A program made the translations under genes and the position numbers. Positions 1-11,905 of a DNA stretch of 64,000 nt are shown here, piece after piece. A model generated the notes under the pieces. It had not been told where the DNA came from. It ran no database searches and saw only the letters and a program-made list of their open reading frames with translations. Positions within the stretch are counted from its first letter, which is position 1, and each line of letters starts with the position of its first letter. The stretch is taken from positions 124,001 through 188,000 of the forward strand of contig JAAOMT010000597.1 of assembly GCA_016748015.1 (NCBI GenBank), in the 5' to 3' direction. The stretch comes from Geosiphon pyriformis uo1 (lineage: Eukaryota > Fungi > Glomeromycota).

Positions 1-435
1 TAGCTACCAATTTCAGTAGACTGTTAAAACACTTCTAGGCCTGGATCCAAAATGACTTCCATAAATTATCAGTTTTACTTTTTTTTTTACATTTCTTTTA
101 TTTTCTTTCTTTTCTTATTATAAATCATTTGGGTAGCCTACAGATGAGAATTTCTGTAGAAGAGTTGACTTTTACAGCAAAGTAACTACACATTTTTAGT
201 GAGCTTCCAGATGAGCAATTCCTGGGAAAGGGTTGACGTTTACTACAACGTAACTATACAAAGTAACTGGCACGGAATTGGCCATTCTACTTATAAGCCC
301 AGCAGTTCAAATTATAGGAGATAATTTGAAAATAAATTCAGTTACTGGAGGTTCAACCACATCCAGAAAACGTGAATTCACAGCAAACAGGTATCAACAA
401 CATTTAAGAAAAGAGACCAAAAACCTCCAGTAACA
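1..435 (+). repeat. 5' LTR (3' part only) of family A element
   Basis: About 93% identical to 2915-3349 by manual alignment; ends GTAACA immediately before the PBS. Confidence 0.92.
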
Positions 436-437
436 TT

Positions 438-453
438 TGGTGCTCTTTCACGG
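438..453 (+). promoter_or_regulatory. Primer binding site (TGGTGCTCTTTCACGG)
   Basis: TGG (complement of tRNA CCA) 2 nt after the LTR end; same motif at 57341. Priming tRNA not identified. Confidence 0.8.
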
Positions 454-480
454 AAACAACACAGCAAAAACAAATTCAAA

Positions 481-2153
481 GTGGCAACCACACCAGACAC
501 AACAACTCTAGAGTACTACCAGTCAATTTACACCCACTGCAAGCAAAGATTCAACATTCCAGACGGAATTGAAGTTGTCAAGAAATCAGTATACCAATAC
601 ATTGAAAACCACATCAACAATTATCTTTTTGGAAATTACAATATTTCAGAAGTTAGAAGCAACCTTTATAATAATTTAGCACACTATTTATAGTTGGGAA
701 CTGAAGACCTTAACAATAAAACACTTGCCACTTACTTTCAAGAACTTAATTTTAACATTATCAAGTACTGTGAAGAAACATATCCAGTACAGTCTCAATA
801 CTCTATTGATTTTGAATTGGAAACAGAAACAAGCAACAAAGGCAAACACAAATTAAAGCAATACTCAAAAACCACCCCAAATACTCCAATACTACCAAAA
901 ACAATTGCCAAACACTTACAAACACCTAAACAAGGAACAAGTTCAAAACTCCCACTCACCATCACACCTTTTCCAGCTTTACTTGCACAAGCACAAACAC
1001 TTAATTCACTCTTAAATTGATTTGTGAGACCAGAAGATTTTACATCACTCAGAAATCCCACCAGACAGCAAGAACCCCTTCAAACTAGTTCCAATCTTCT
1101 TGATTTTCTAGCTGAGAATCAAAGTGAACACTTTGAGACAACAGTGAACGAAGAAAACAACTCTGAAATAACTGAAAAAAAATCAATAGACAGTGAAAAC
1201 AAAGAAGACAAAATGACAGCATACATCACAAAAATTCCTGAATTTAATGGAGAAAACATTGAGACTAGTCCCCAAGAATGGCTCAATCAAGTTACTAAAG
1301 CTGGATATGCAAATGGATGGAATGCTGCCAGAATGTTAAGAACAATTTCCTACTTTCTCAAAAGAACAGCAGGAGAATGATTTGAAAACTTGGCCACTCT
1401 ATTCAATGATTGAGACACTTTCAAAGCAGCCTTTCTTGAACAGTTCACTGACAATAATACCTCTATCACTCTTTGAAATCGGTTTTGCAATATTAAACAA
1501 GAATCCTCCGAATCTGTTATGACTTATATTGGGAAATTTAACAAACTTCTTAGACAAATTTGCCAACTCAAAACAAACAATTATTATTCCGATGCTCAAA
1601 TCTTGGATTAATTTATCACTGGTCTAAAAGATAAACTAATTAAAAAGGTTTACCCACATGCCCCAGAAGATTTAAACTCTGCCATACAGCATGTGAAAAG
1701 ATACAAAATGGCCATGGAAGAGGCCAATCGCACAAAACTTGTGAATTTGGCAATTGGAGAAACCAGCTCAGCAGCTAAGGAAAAAATTGACCAACTCACA
1801 AAGAAGTTTGAAAATTATTTCACCAATCAACAACAACAACAACTCCAAAGATATCAACCATCTCAAAGACAAAATTAAAATAACTTTGCACCACTTTCTA
1901 ATAACCAGCCTCAGAATTGCCATTACTGTGGAATCTCTGGCCACTGGAAAGAGATTGCAGAAAGCTACAACAAGACCAACAAAATAAGAGTAATCAACAT
2001 TATCCTCCACCACAGCAATTTTATTATCAACCACCACTACCAGCTTACTATCCACCAAGACCCCAATACCAAAATAATTATTATCAGCCCGCCCTACAGC
2101 CAATCCAACAGCAATACCAACAACCACCCACACAACATTATCAAGTACCTGCT
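481..2153 (+). pseudogene. gag: Gag (N-terminal extension, retrotransposon capsid domain, CCHC zinc knuckle, Q/P/Y-rich tail), multiple stops
   Basis: KIPEFNGE..SPQEWL...ANGW capsid-like motif from ATG 1213; knuckle C-H-Y-C-G-I-S-G-H-W-(fs)-RDC at ~1918-1958; stops explained by C>T or G>A changes. Confidence 0.88.
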
Positions 2154-2361
2154 CTTAGACTTTATGACCTATTCTATACCTGTGAAAACGTCCTACAAAA
2201 CCCAATTTTACAACCTTTGAAGATTCAATACATTGGAAAGCTCACAGAACTGAAATTTCAACAATTTTCAGACCAAATTTCTTCAATAATTTTGGATTAT
2301 TATCTGGAAATTACAGACAGTACTTGGACTTCGACAGAGCTCAGTCTTGAGGAGGAGATTA

Positions 2362-3349
2362 TGTTACCAGACGAAATTAGAAATATTATTTAGCATGAAA
2401 TTATTGTTATAATTCCCATTATTAATTAACATATATTATCGTTTCAAATTATTATTTATTATATTAGCAAAATGTCCAAAATTATCATTTAATTAATAAC
2501 TCAATATGTATATGACACAAATGTAACCTAATTGCAATGATCAATCATGCAATACCCCGAACTATGTAACATTCAAAAAGTTCACCGAAATTTGTAGAAA
2601 TTTGCCAAAATAATTGATAGTTCACCAAAATATCTAATAGTTCGCAGAAATAACTTGTAGTTTGCCAAAATGTATTTTTAGTTCAGTGAAATTGTAGAAA
2701 ATAGCAAAGTTCGAGTTCACAAAATAGTGTTATAACAAATTGTATAAAAGAAAAGTGTCTCTCTTCGAGAAAATGTATCTTACTTCAGATTTAATAATTA
2801 GAATCATTCTTTACACACAAAAACAAAATAAATATCATATAAATTCAAAAAGCCAAATTCTTAAATTATTTCCCTTGAAATTAACCAATTCCTACTAACA
2901 GTTTTGAAATTGATTAGCTACCAATTTCAGTAGACTGTTAAAACACTTCCAGGCCTAGATCTGAAACAACTTCTATAAATCATCAGTTTTACTTTTTCTT
3001 TTACATTTCTTTTATTCTCTTTCTTTTCTTATTATAAATCATTTGGGTAGCCTACAGACGAGAATTCCTGTAGAAGAGTTGACTTTCACAGCAAAGTAAC
3101 TACACATTTTTAGTGAGCTTCCAGATGAGCAATTTCTGGGAAAGGGTTGACATTTACTACAACATAACTATACAAAATAACTGGCATGGAATTGGTCATT
3201 CCACTTATAAGCCTAGCAGTTCAAATTATAAGAGATAATTTGATGATAAATTCAGTTACTAAAGGTTCAACCACATCCAAAAAATGTGAATTGACAGCAA
3301 ACAGGTATCAACAACATTTAAGAAAAGAGACCAAAAACCTTTAGTAATA
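2362..3349 (+). repeat. 3' LTR of family A element (988 bp), preceded by PPT at ~2349-2358
   Basis: Starts TGTTAC, ends GTAATA (decayed GTAACA); homologous along its length to 56358-57338. Confidence 0.92.
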
Positions 3350-6300
3350 TTGTTGTTATTACCAATTTGAATGGAGCTGGAACTAGTGTTTTTGTCATTG
3401 TCATTGTTGGAGTTTGAATCAGGATCAAATAGTAATTCTGATTCTGATGTGCAGCTGCTGATTGGTTTCTCTTCTTCTAGAATTATGTAGATCATGTGGA
3501 TCAGTGGATTGTAAATGAGGTCACACTCATTACAATATTGAAAGTCATATGGGATTAAGCAATGGTCACATAATCAAGTGTTTAGCTGTGCTAACCACTC
3601 TTTCTGTTCCTTTCTGGTCAGTGCTAAATTTTGATAATGTTTGTGGAAGTCTTTTGAATTGGTTTCAATGTTAAAGAAAGCATCTGGGTTTGGGACTAGA
3701 ATAATGTTGACTGGTTCTGGAGGATTGTTCTTGATTTCCAAGATTTTGCTGGATGTGGTGCCTTCTACTTTGGCATTTACCATCCACCAAATTTTGTCTT
3801 TGTCGTGTGGGTATCCGTCCAGATGAGAGATCACTCGGTGCCAAGCGGCAGTTATTGGCATGCCACAACTCATCCAGTCACTGATGAGGATTATGTACTG
3901 GCATGAAGTGTCACACATTCCTTCTTGACCAGGAATGTCGTTCCACATTCTTTTGTTGAACAACTGTTTGCCACAAATGAGACATAGTTCATTGTTCCAC
4001 TTGCCTTGTCTTTTTGGGTAGCCATACCATTTGTGGTGGCAAGACTTGCAATAATAGTGGATTCACATTTATTAATCTTCATCTGGTGCGACTCAAGCTC
4101 CCATGGAAGAAAGTTTCTTCTCACAATTTTTGTATTTGAGTGGTATGTGTGGTGGTTGTGACAGTGGCTCATGGATGGAGTACAAACTTGTCCAGCCATT
4201 GGTTACTTGAGATGTGTTGGTGATTTGTTCAGGTGGCTTGTCTTCCTTTTTTTCTTTTTCTTTTTCTTTCCAGCTGGTTGTTGGTATGAATTCACTTTCA
4301 TTATCTTCGTTCCAAGTGTCAATAGTGGTTTCCCAGGTATGTTCTTTTTTTTGCTTTTTTTTTTCATGGTCATCTTCGTTCCAGGTGAGTATAGACAGCA
4401 GTTCATTGTGGTTGACGTCAGCCCATGAAACCTGATACACTTCCTATATTGGTTTCTTTGCTTCCTCCTCAAATTCGATCAGTGGCTGCAAGTTGGTTGG
4501 TTTAAAGTAGCCACATACTGCTGGTGCCCAAGTATGTTAACTATTTTGGCTCAGTTGGAGCTCTTGCATTGTCCAATCAAGTACGGCATTTGTTTTAAAT
4601 AGCCAATCATTTCCAACAAGAGCTTAGTACTGAGTGGCTTCCATCACAAAGCCTTTAATGGGTACTATGATGCCATTAATTTTGATAGATAGGTTGTCTA
4701 TTTCGCCTATTGGAGTTTTGGTCACTCCATCAGCTATAATGATTCTTGCACTGGCAGTTCAGTCAACTCGGCAACCTAATTAATCTATGAATTGCTTTGT
4801 TATGATGCTGCCAGCTAATTCACTATCTAAGATCAGTTTGATGACATGGCCATCAATTTTGGCATTTGTATACATGGTGGTAATTGGCTTCTCTTCAAAA
4901 GCTGCTCTACTGAACAACGGGATTTTGATTGTTTCTTCCAAGTCAAAGAGAAAGATGGCTGCAAGCAATTTGTCATTGGTGACAGTTGCTGATGGAATGT
5001 TATTGGTAAGTGCTTGTTGTTGGTTGGATCCTGAATTGTTGGTGGTGACATCTTCTGGGGTAACCAGGAGACTTAAATAGTTCTGGGAATTTGGGTTTTG
5101 GGTGATATTGGTACCTGAATTCTGAGAACGCGATCCTGATAGTGCGTGAGAAGAACTGGGGATTGGTTGGTAGACAACCATCGCTGATCTCCAGTTTTGT
5201 TGTGTTATTCTTGGTCTTTGGGTTCTGTGTTAAGGTAAGTTTTGAGGTGGTGTTTAAATGGTTTGAGGTTGATAGATTACTTGTGACTGCAGTTGATATA
5301 TTACAGATGGCTGCAGTTGATATATTGCTGGTGGTTACAGTTGATAAACTGGGGTCTGATATACTGGTGCTTGATAAATTGGCTGCTGTGTCATTGGCAG
5401 GTAAGTGTTTTGGTATTGATCTTGATTTTAATATTGATTCTGAGTTTGGAATCGAGGATTGGGGTTTTAATGTTGATTTCCCGATCATTGGTTATAAGTA
5501 TTATAGTTGGCTCTTATGTGATCTTGTTTACCACAGTTGTAATAGACACGTGTTTCCTACTGCCATAGTTGATTAATTGATAATGATGGATGTGCTTGAT
5601 TTTGGAAATGATTGGCATTTCCCTGATTACTGCATTTTTGGAGAGGTTAATAAATGAACTGATAGTTGTTAGCTAAGTATCCCTCAATTTTTTGATTGAT
5701 GGTATTACTGATTTGCTTCAATTTGGAATCCAAATCAGATCATCCATTTATTACTAAATTTACAGCTTGAGCATAGTTAGCTTCTAGCTCAGCTGATTCA
5801 AAATCTCTGGCATGTGTGACTATGGCTTGAAGGTTGGCTGGGTGTAATGGGCATACGTGTTGCAAAATGCTACTGCACAGGCCATGAATAAACTGGTTGA
5901 GGATCTGGGGTTCTGTAAAATACACGGCATCAATGACTTGAATTTGGCATAAGACTTTATAAAAGCATCCTAGGTATATTGTGACTGCTTCAGTATTATT
6001 CTGTTTGATGGTGGTAAAAGTATTGGCTAAACGATTAATACTGTTATTATTGCTAAAATATTCCAGAAAAGCAGTTTTGAATTGTTGGAATGTTTGTAGT
6101 TTGGTGGCTAAACTCTGGTACCAAGAATTGGCAGTTTCTTTAAGAAAGTATGGTATCACCTGTAGGGCTCTAGTATCATCCTAATTGTTTGCTATGATGG
6201 CCTTAAAGACATCATTGATCTATGCTTGAGTGTTGTTTTCTTCACCAGTTAAGTTTTCTAACTTTACAATGGGTGTGTAGGCCATTTGGTTTACATTTAG

Positions 6301-8326
6301 TTGTTGTGGTGGCTGCTGTAGCAGTTATTGTTGCAGTGGTGATTGCTAAGATGGTCCTTATGGCTGATAGATTTGTGAATTCGGTTGTTAAGGTGGCTGC
6401 TGAATGGGTTTGACTATTGGATCAATTGGTAGATGATCAATGATGATATTTGGAGGTACATTTGGCTGATTAATTAAATTGGGGTTCTAATTGTTTTGAT
6501 TTTGCTGAGTTTTAATATTTGGAGTTTCAATTTCTGGATTTTCTATGTTTGAATTTTGTGGAGTTTGAATGTTCGGGGTTCCAAATTTCGAGTTTTCTGA
6601 AATCAGGTTTTGGTAAGTGAATCCTTGATCTTTACTTCTTTTCTCTTCTTTCTTTGATAATTCTCATAGAGTAGTGGCTCCGAAATTTGGTTGGGGTAGT
6701 GGTAATCAAATTTCTGATGGCGTTGGGGATCGTAATTTAAATCCTTCAAAATACGCGCCATATGGTCCTAGTAAGTCTTCTTTCTATTGGTTGCTTTGGA
6801 ACTGAAATCTTCCAAATGTTGATATTGCATTTGATGTAGATGCGTCTGCTGATAAAATGTTGATGGTGCTTCCAAGTATGTAGTAATATGATGGAGCAGT
6901 TGGTGATTCTACTCTGTGTTTCTTCCAACTAGGTAACTGTATTTTTTTTGGTGTTGCTGCTGGTGTTTGTATTCTTCCTTTATCTTTGTCTGCATAGGTA
7001 ATGAAAAATTGTTGTTGCATGTATCTTTCAATGGTTTGATTGATTTTTTTGATGATTGGGGCGAAACTGTGATTTTTTGGTAAGCTGGTGTGTTGAAATA
7101 ATTTTTTATAGAAATTTTCTCTTGTTGACTCAATATTAACGGTTCCTTCTAAACAGTTTGTGATTTTATCATTAACGTAATAGTTAAAAGCTGATTCGAC
7201 TGGATAGTGATTACTGTTTAATCTTAATTGTTGGCTGTATTGTTGAAACAAGGATTTTGTGAATCCTAAGTGGTTGGCTCCTATGTTTTCTGATTCTGTC
7301 ACTTTTAGATTTGTGTTGGTACTGATTCTCTGTAGGATTATACCTTACAGGAAGCACCAAATGTTATAGGTGGTGTCTTTGGGGTTCTGAGTGAATAACA
7401 AACCTGTAACTTGGTACGCAAAGTGATTGGTGATGATAATCTGAAGATATTTTATCTGAAGGTTTTCTAATCAAGTTCTTTGTATAATGGACAGAGATTC
7501 AATGGTAACAGTTTATCAGTAATTTTCTGAAACCATAGTTTTGTCAATTGCTTGCTCAGCTTGATGGTTGATGATTCTCCTGGTATAATATCCTTTGTAA
7601 GTGTATACCAATGCTGTTTTCTGACGTCAGTTCCTCCATAAGTTCTTCAAGAATATGTATTGTTTAAGCAAGTTTATTCCTTCGTAAGTCCTCCAAGAGT
7701 AAGTATTGTTAAGTAAGTTTTATTCCTCCGTAAGTCTTCCAAGAGTAAATTTTTTAATCAAGTTAGCAGACAACAAAAAAAATAAAGAAAAAATAAAAGA
7801 GAAAATAAGAAATAAGCCAAAGTGATTTGCAAGTTAGTATCCTGTTAATAACTGTGATCAAGAGCTATTGTTCCAATATGGTTAAGTATCTATTACTATC
7901 AACATGAAGTGTTGATAGTGAAGAATGAATTTAATATAGCAAATAATTATTTATTTGAGGATTGTGGTAACTAAGCTAAGAATTCTTGGTGTTGATTCTG
8001 TTTTTTCTGCTTCTAACGCTACTGCTATATATACATATTTAAGATTTCTTAATTTTTCAATTCCTTACAACAGAAATCCTGGGATTTCTGGAATCCTGCA
8101 ATTTCTGATGAGAGGAATCCTGCAATTCTGGAATCCTGCAATTCCTTGCCAGAGAATCCTGAAACTCCTGGAATCCTGCAATTCCTTGCCAAAGAATTCT
8201 GAAACTTCTGGAATCCTGCAATTCCTCTGAGAGGAATTCTAGAATTCCACATTTATTATGTCTACTTCTAATTGGCTAATCTCTACTTGCTAATAATAAT
8301 ATACTTCCTCTATTCTATAAGTAATA
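3350..8326 (-). mobile_element. Ty3/Gypsy element family B: 5' LTR, PBS, gag, protease and Cys-rich region; interrupted at 3349 by the family A element
   Basis: On the minus strand: LTR end TAACA, then TTTGGTGCTTCCTGTAAGG. Gag from GTG 7302, capsid from ATG ~6285 (MAYTPIVKLE), knuckle ~5505-5550, protease LILDSELAGS ~4810-4840, Cys-rich region 3480-4150. Confidence 0.88.
7362..8326 (-). repeat. 5' LTR family B (965 bp)
   Basis: TGTTAT...GTAATA termini on +; homologous to 13177-14010 and 15009-15857. Contains a 3x ~46-bp repeat (~7631-7750), a TATA-like run ~8026-8035 and a GGAATCCTGCAATTC array ~8074-8250. Confidence 0.88.
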
Positions 8327-11300
8327 CTAGTTCACATTGGTACAGCTGGTAGTTCTGTTCTTTGGTCATCAGCCCAAGAAAGCTGATAGATTTCGATGGC
8401 TGGTAGTACTGGATTTTCCTCAAATTCGAAGATAGGTCTTTGGTTAGTGCTGGGTTTTTGGAAGTGGCCACAGGTGGCTGGAATTCTGGTCTGGTGGCCA
8501 TTATAATTGATTAAAAGCTCTTGAATAGTCCAGTTTAGGGTGGTGTTGGCTTTTGTTAACCAGTTATTCCTTACTAATGCTTGATATTGTGTAGCATCCA
8601 TTACTAATACTTTTGTAGGTATTACTATGCCGTTAATTTCGAAAGGAAATGAGTCAATTTTGCCATAAGACAGCTTTGTACTTTCATCGGCTGTTATGAT
8701 TTGGGATGTTGTAGTACAATCAACTTTGAAACCCAGTTGGTTTACTAGTTGAAGTATTATGATGCTTCCAGTAGATCCGCTATTTAAGATAAGTTTGATT
8801 GGGATATTGTTTACAGTAGCTTTTGTATACATAGCAGTGATTGGGTGTTTTTTGTTCAATGTTGCTCCACTGAACATAGCCTTGTTTTCCTCTAATTTAA
8901 AAGAAAAAATAGCTGTGAGGCTACTATCTTCAGTGGCAACTGCTGGTGATATTGTTTGGCTCAATTTGTTAGAAGAATTTTTGGTTCTGTTTATGTTTCT
9001 ACCATTATTGTTTTTGATGATCAGATTTTCCAGTATATTAAGGTAAGTTTGTTAATAATTTTGGTAGTTTGGATTGGTTTGCTGACTGGTTTTGGCACAG
9101 TTTGGATTCCTCTGGACCAATGCGTTCTGGTTCCATATGGGCTGATTTCGGGGCTCAAAATGCCAATTCAGGTTGGCTATCATGAATTATTGCTGGTAAG
9201 TTCTTTGATTTTGATATGTGGTAGAATATTGGCATAGTATTGGCGTGTACTGGTTTTTGAGCATTTGGGGTGGTGCATAATAATTATTTTTATGTGTTTC
9301 CTGCATCATTCACGTTTGATATTAACTAATTAAATGTTCTATGCATTTGCAAAAATGGCAGACGTGTGTTTCTGTTCTGAATTCTTGGTGTAATGAGCAA
9401 TTATTTCGACTGTTGCTGACTTTCTGGCTGTGTCTTTGGGGTGGTTAGTATGTATTTTTTTTTAAATTTGAGATGAGGTAATTTTCTATTTTCTTAGAGA
9501 GTTTCTCCCCTAATTGTGTTACTCTTTTTTTTAATGTTTCTGTCTTATTTTTCTCCATTACCATGTTAACTATTTGACTATGATTAGCTTTTTTCTCAAC
9601 TGATTCAAGGGCTTTGGTGAGTGTAATGGCTTCTGGTAAAGAATTAGAGTGGACAGAGCATACTCTTCCTAAAATGCTGTTTTTTAATCCTCTAATAAAC
9701 TGATTTAAAACCTGAGGATCAGTGTAGTATCCTTGTTTAATTGCTTCAATCTGATGGCAAATTTGATTGAATCGAGCAAGATATTGGGTAACAGTTTCAC
9801 CAGTACCTTGCTTGATTGTATTGAATTTGTTCTGTAGTTGAATTATGGCATTTGAGTTGCTAAAATACTCCAGAAGTGCATTTTTAAATTTGGTGAAGCT
9901 CGTGAGTTTTGTTTCTAGGCTTTGATACCATAAGTTGGCTGTGTCTTTCAGGAAAAAAGGTAATGTTTGAATTGCTCTTTGGTTGTTCCAGTTATTTGTC
10001 TGGATGACTTTTTGTGCTTTTTTGAGCCATATGTGCACGTTCATTTCTTCTTTTTCTCTTGAGAAATCTGTTAGTCTTGCAATGTATGGTGTGGCTATTT
10101 TGTCACCGTTTTCTGTTAGTGGGCTTATTGGTCTAAGAGGAGGTGGAATGATATTTCTTTGAGTGTTCCTAAAGGTGGCTTCCCTTATATCCAGTTCTTT
10201 CTCTTGATCACAAGTTTCTTGGTTTCTGGACTGGCTGCTTGTTCCAGTGACCAGTCTTGTGATTATTTTTTCACTGATCTCTTTTTTGGATTTTGATTCA
10301 GACTCCTCTTCATGGTTTTCAAAACCTGTTCCAAATTTTGGTTGAAAAAGAAAGTTTTAGAATAGTGATAAATATTCTCCTGTAATTGGTATGTCTCTCC
10401 AGTTACATTGTTTAATTTTATCAATATAACTAGAAGTTCTTGGCATTTGTGGAGTTGATGTTGATGATGATGCAGCTCCTAATGGAATTTGTATCTTATT
10501 TTCTGGTGAAAAATGGTATGATTTATTTTCTGGTGAATAAATACATTGTTTTTTTATTGATTAAGTGACAGTTTTTTTTGGTGTTTGAGCAGGTATTCCT
10601 AGTTTTTGCTGGTTACTTTCCTGATTAGTTTCTAAATTTTCTTTGGTTTTGTTGGCACATTCCCTAATGTTTTTTGTAAATATTGAAAAATTTTTGTTGG
10701 TGTATTGCTCAATTTTTCGATGGATTTTGACAATAGTTATGGCTATTACTGCTACTTCCTTTCTAAGTTTTGCATCATGTGGTTCTTCTTTCTTTCCTAT
10801 ATAATAATTTATTCTGGCATTAATATAATAAGTGAGGGCAGATTCTGCTAGACAACACCCTCTTGGTAATCCAAGATCATTTTGATTTTGTGTGTAAATA
10901 GCATGGCAGAATTTAAGAACAGTAAGGTTAGGGATTTTTGTTACCACTTTTGTCTCTTTTTTTTTAGCAATAAATTATTGTTAATTATTATTTTCTTTTT
11001 GATTTTCTTTTTTCATAAGGTTTACCAAATGTTATGGGATGGTTTTCTTGGTATATTTAATTGCTGATATTCCATTTTAATTGCAATCAGTCTCTTGTGA
11101 GTTCCTCAATTCTATTTGTGTGATAATGTCACTGTTATACTGAAGACTTTCTCTTTAATGTTATGATGTAAGTTATTTCTCAATTCCTAATTGTTGTGTG
11201 TGTTTATGTACTCCTTCTCAGAGACTGAACTGAAATCTACCTACTGTTTGGGGTCTTTTCTAAGGCTATTCTTGCAATTGCCTGATGTGTTTCTCTAATC

Positions 11301-11905
11301 TAGAAACATGAAACGTTAATGGCCTTTAGTGCTTTTCCCTAATTCTCACAATAAAGCTTTTATTAATTAGTAACAACGTGAATAATCTTAATCAGGGATT
11401 ATTCTTCTAAGAAATTCAACTGATAAATGATAGTTTCATTTAATAATTAACACAAGTAAGTTTCTTATTACTTTGGGGTTGTGATAATTTAGTTTTAAAT
11501 ATTCTTTTTCATTTCTTTTTGATTTAAAGGTTTTTTGAGATATTTAATTTAAAAGTACAATTTAAAGTGGAGTTTGTTGGATAAATTAGATCTATTGCTT
11601 GATAAGTTATGATTTTTTATTACTTGATTTTTTTTTTCAATATTAAAGCTACTGTATATATACATGTTTGTAGTTCTACGAGAAAACACATTGTAATACT
11701 TTCTTTTTAATATTTCAATCTGGTGTTTGCTGCTATCATTAGTTGGTGTTGGCTGCTATTGTGAACTGGTGCTTGCCACTATCACGAGATGGTGTTTTGC
11801 TACTATGTTAATCATTACTTTTCTAAAATTATTACTGTGCTATATTATGATTGAATAGTTTATATTATTTTTATGATTCTTTTGTTAAATTCTTAAACTG
11901 TAACA
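8327..11905 (-). mobile_element. Ty3/Gypsy element family C: 5' LTR (11030-11905), PBS, gag, protease; interrupted at 8326 by family B
   Basis: LTR TGTTAT..GTAACA; minus-strand PBS TGGTAAACCTT; gag from GTG 10947; capsid ORF 9445-10044; protease ORF 8332-8964 (LILNSGSTGS, ALVRNNWL). Confidence 0.87.

Larger units (their letters stand above)
1..3349 (+). mobile_element. Ty3/Gypsy LTR retrotransposon, family A, internally deleted (partial 5' LTR, PBS, gag, short 3' tail, PPT, 3' LTR)
   Basis: 1-435 aligns without gaps to 2915-3349. LTR ends ...TAACA then TTTGGTGCTC (PBS). A gag-like frame follows. At ~2153 the sequence leaves homology with the full copy at 56358-64000 and jumps to a tail ending GAGGAGGAGATTA-TGTTACC. 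No pol present. Confidence 0.9.

Noticed and set aside
138-259. Hammerhead, twister or hairpin ribozyme in the LTR
   Set aside because: Core reads CAGACGA, not CTGANGA, and there is no correctly placed GAAA/UH on either strand; no other ribozyme core recognised. Kept only as an unnamed structure.
2153-2361. Deletion explained as a retrotransposed spliced gag RNA
   Set aside because: The intact copy has no GT donor at the junction.
5270-5390. Ser/Thr-rich 24-bp repeats as an env or mucin-like gene
   Set aside because: Lies in the Gag-protease linker; no signal or transmembrane segment.
8074-8250. CRISPR-like array
   Set aside because: Short imperfect units without unique spacers, inside eukaryotic LTRs, no cas genes.
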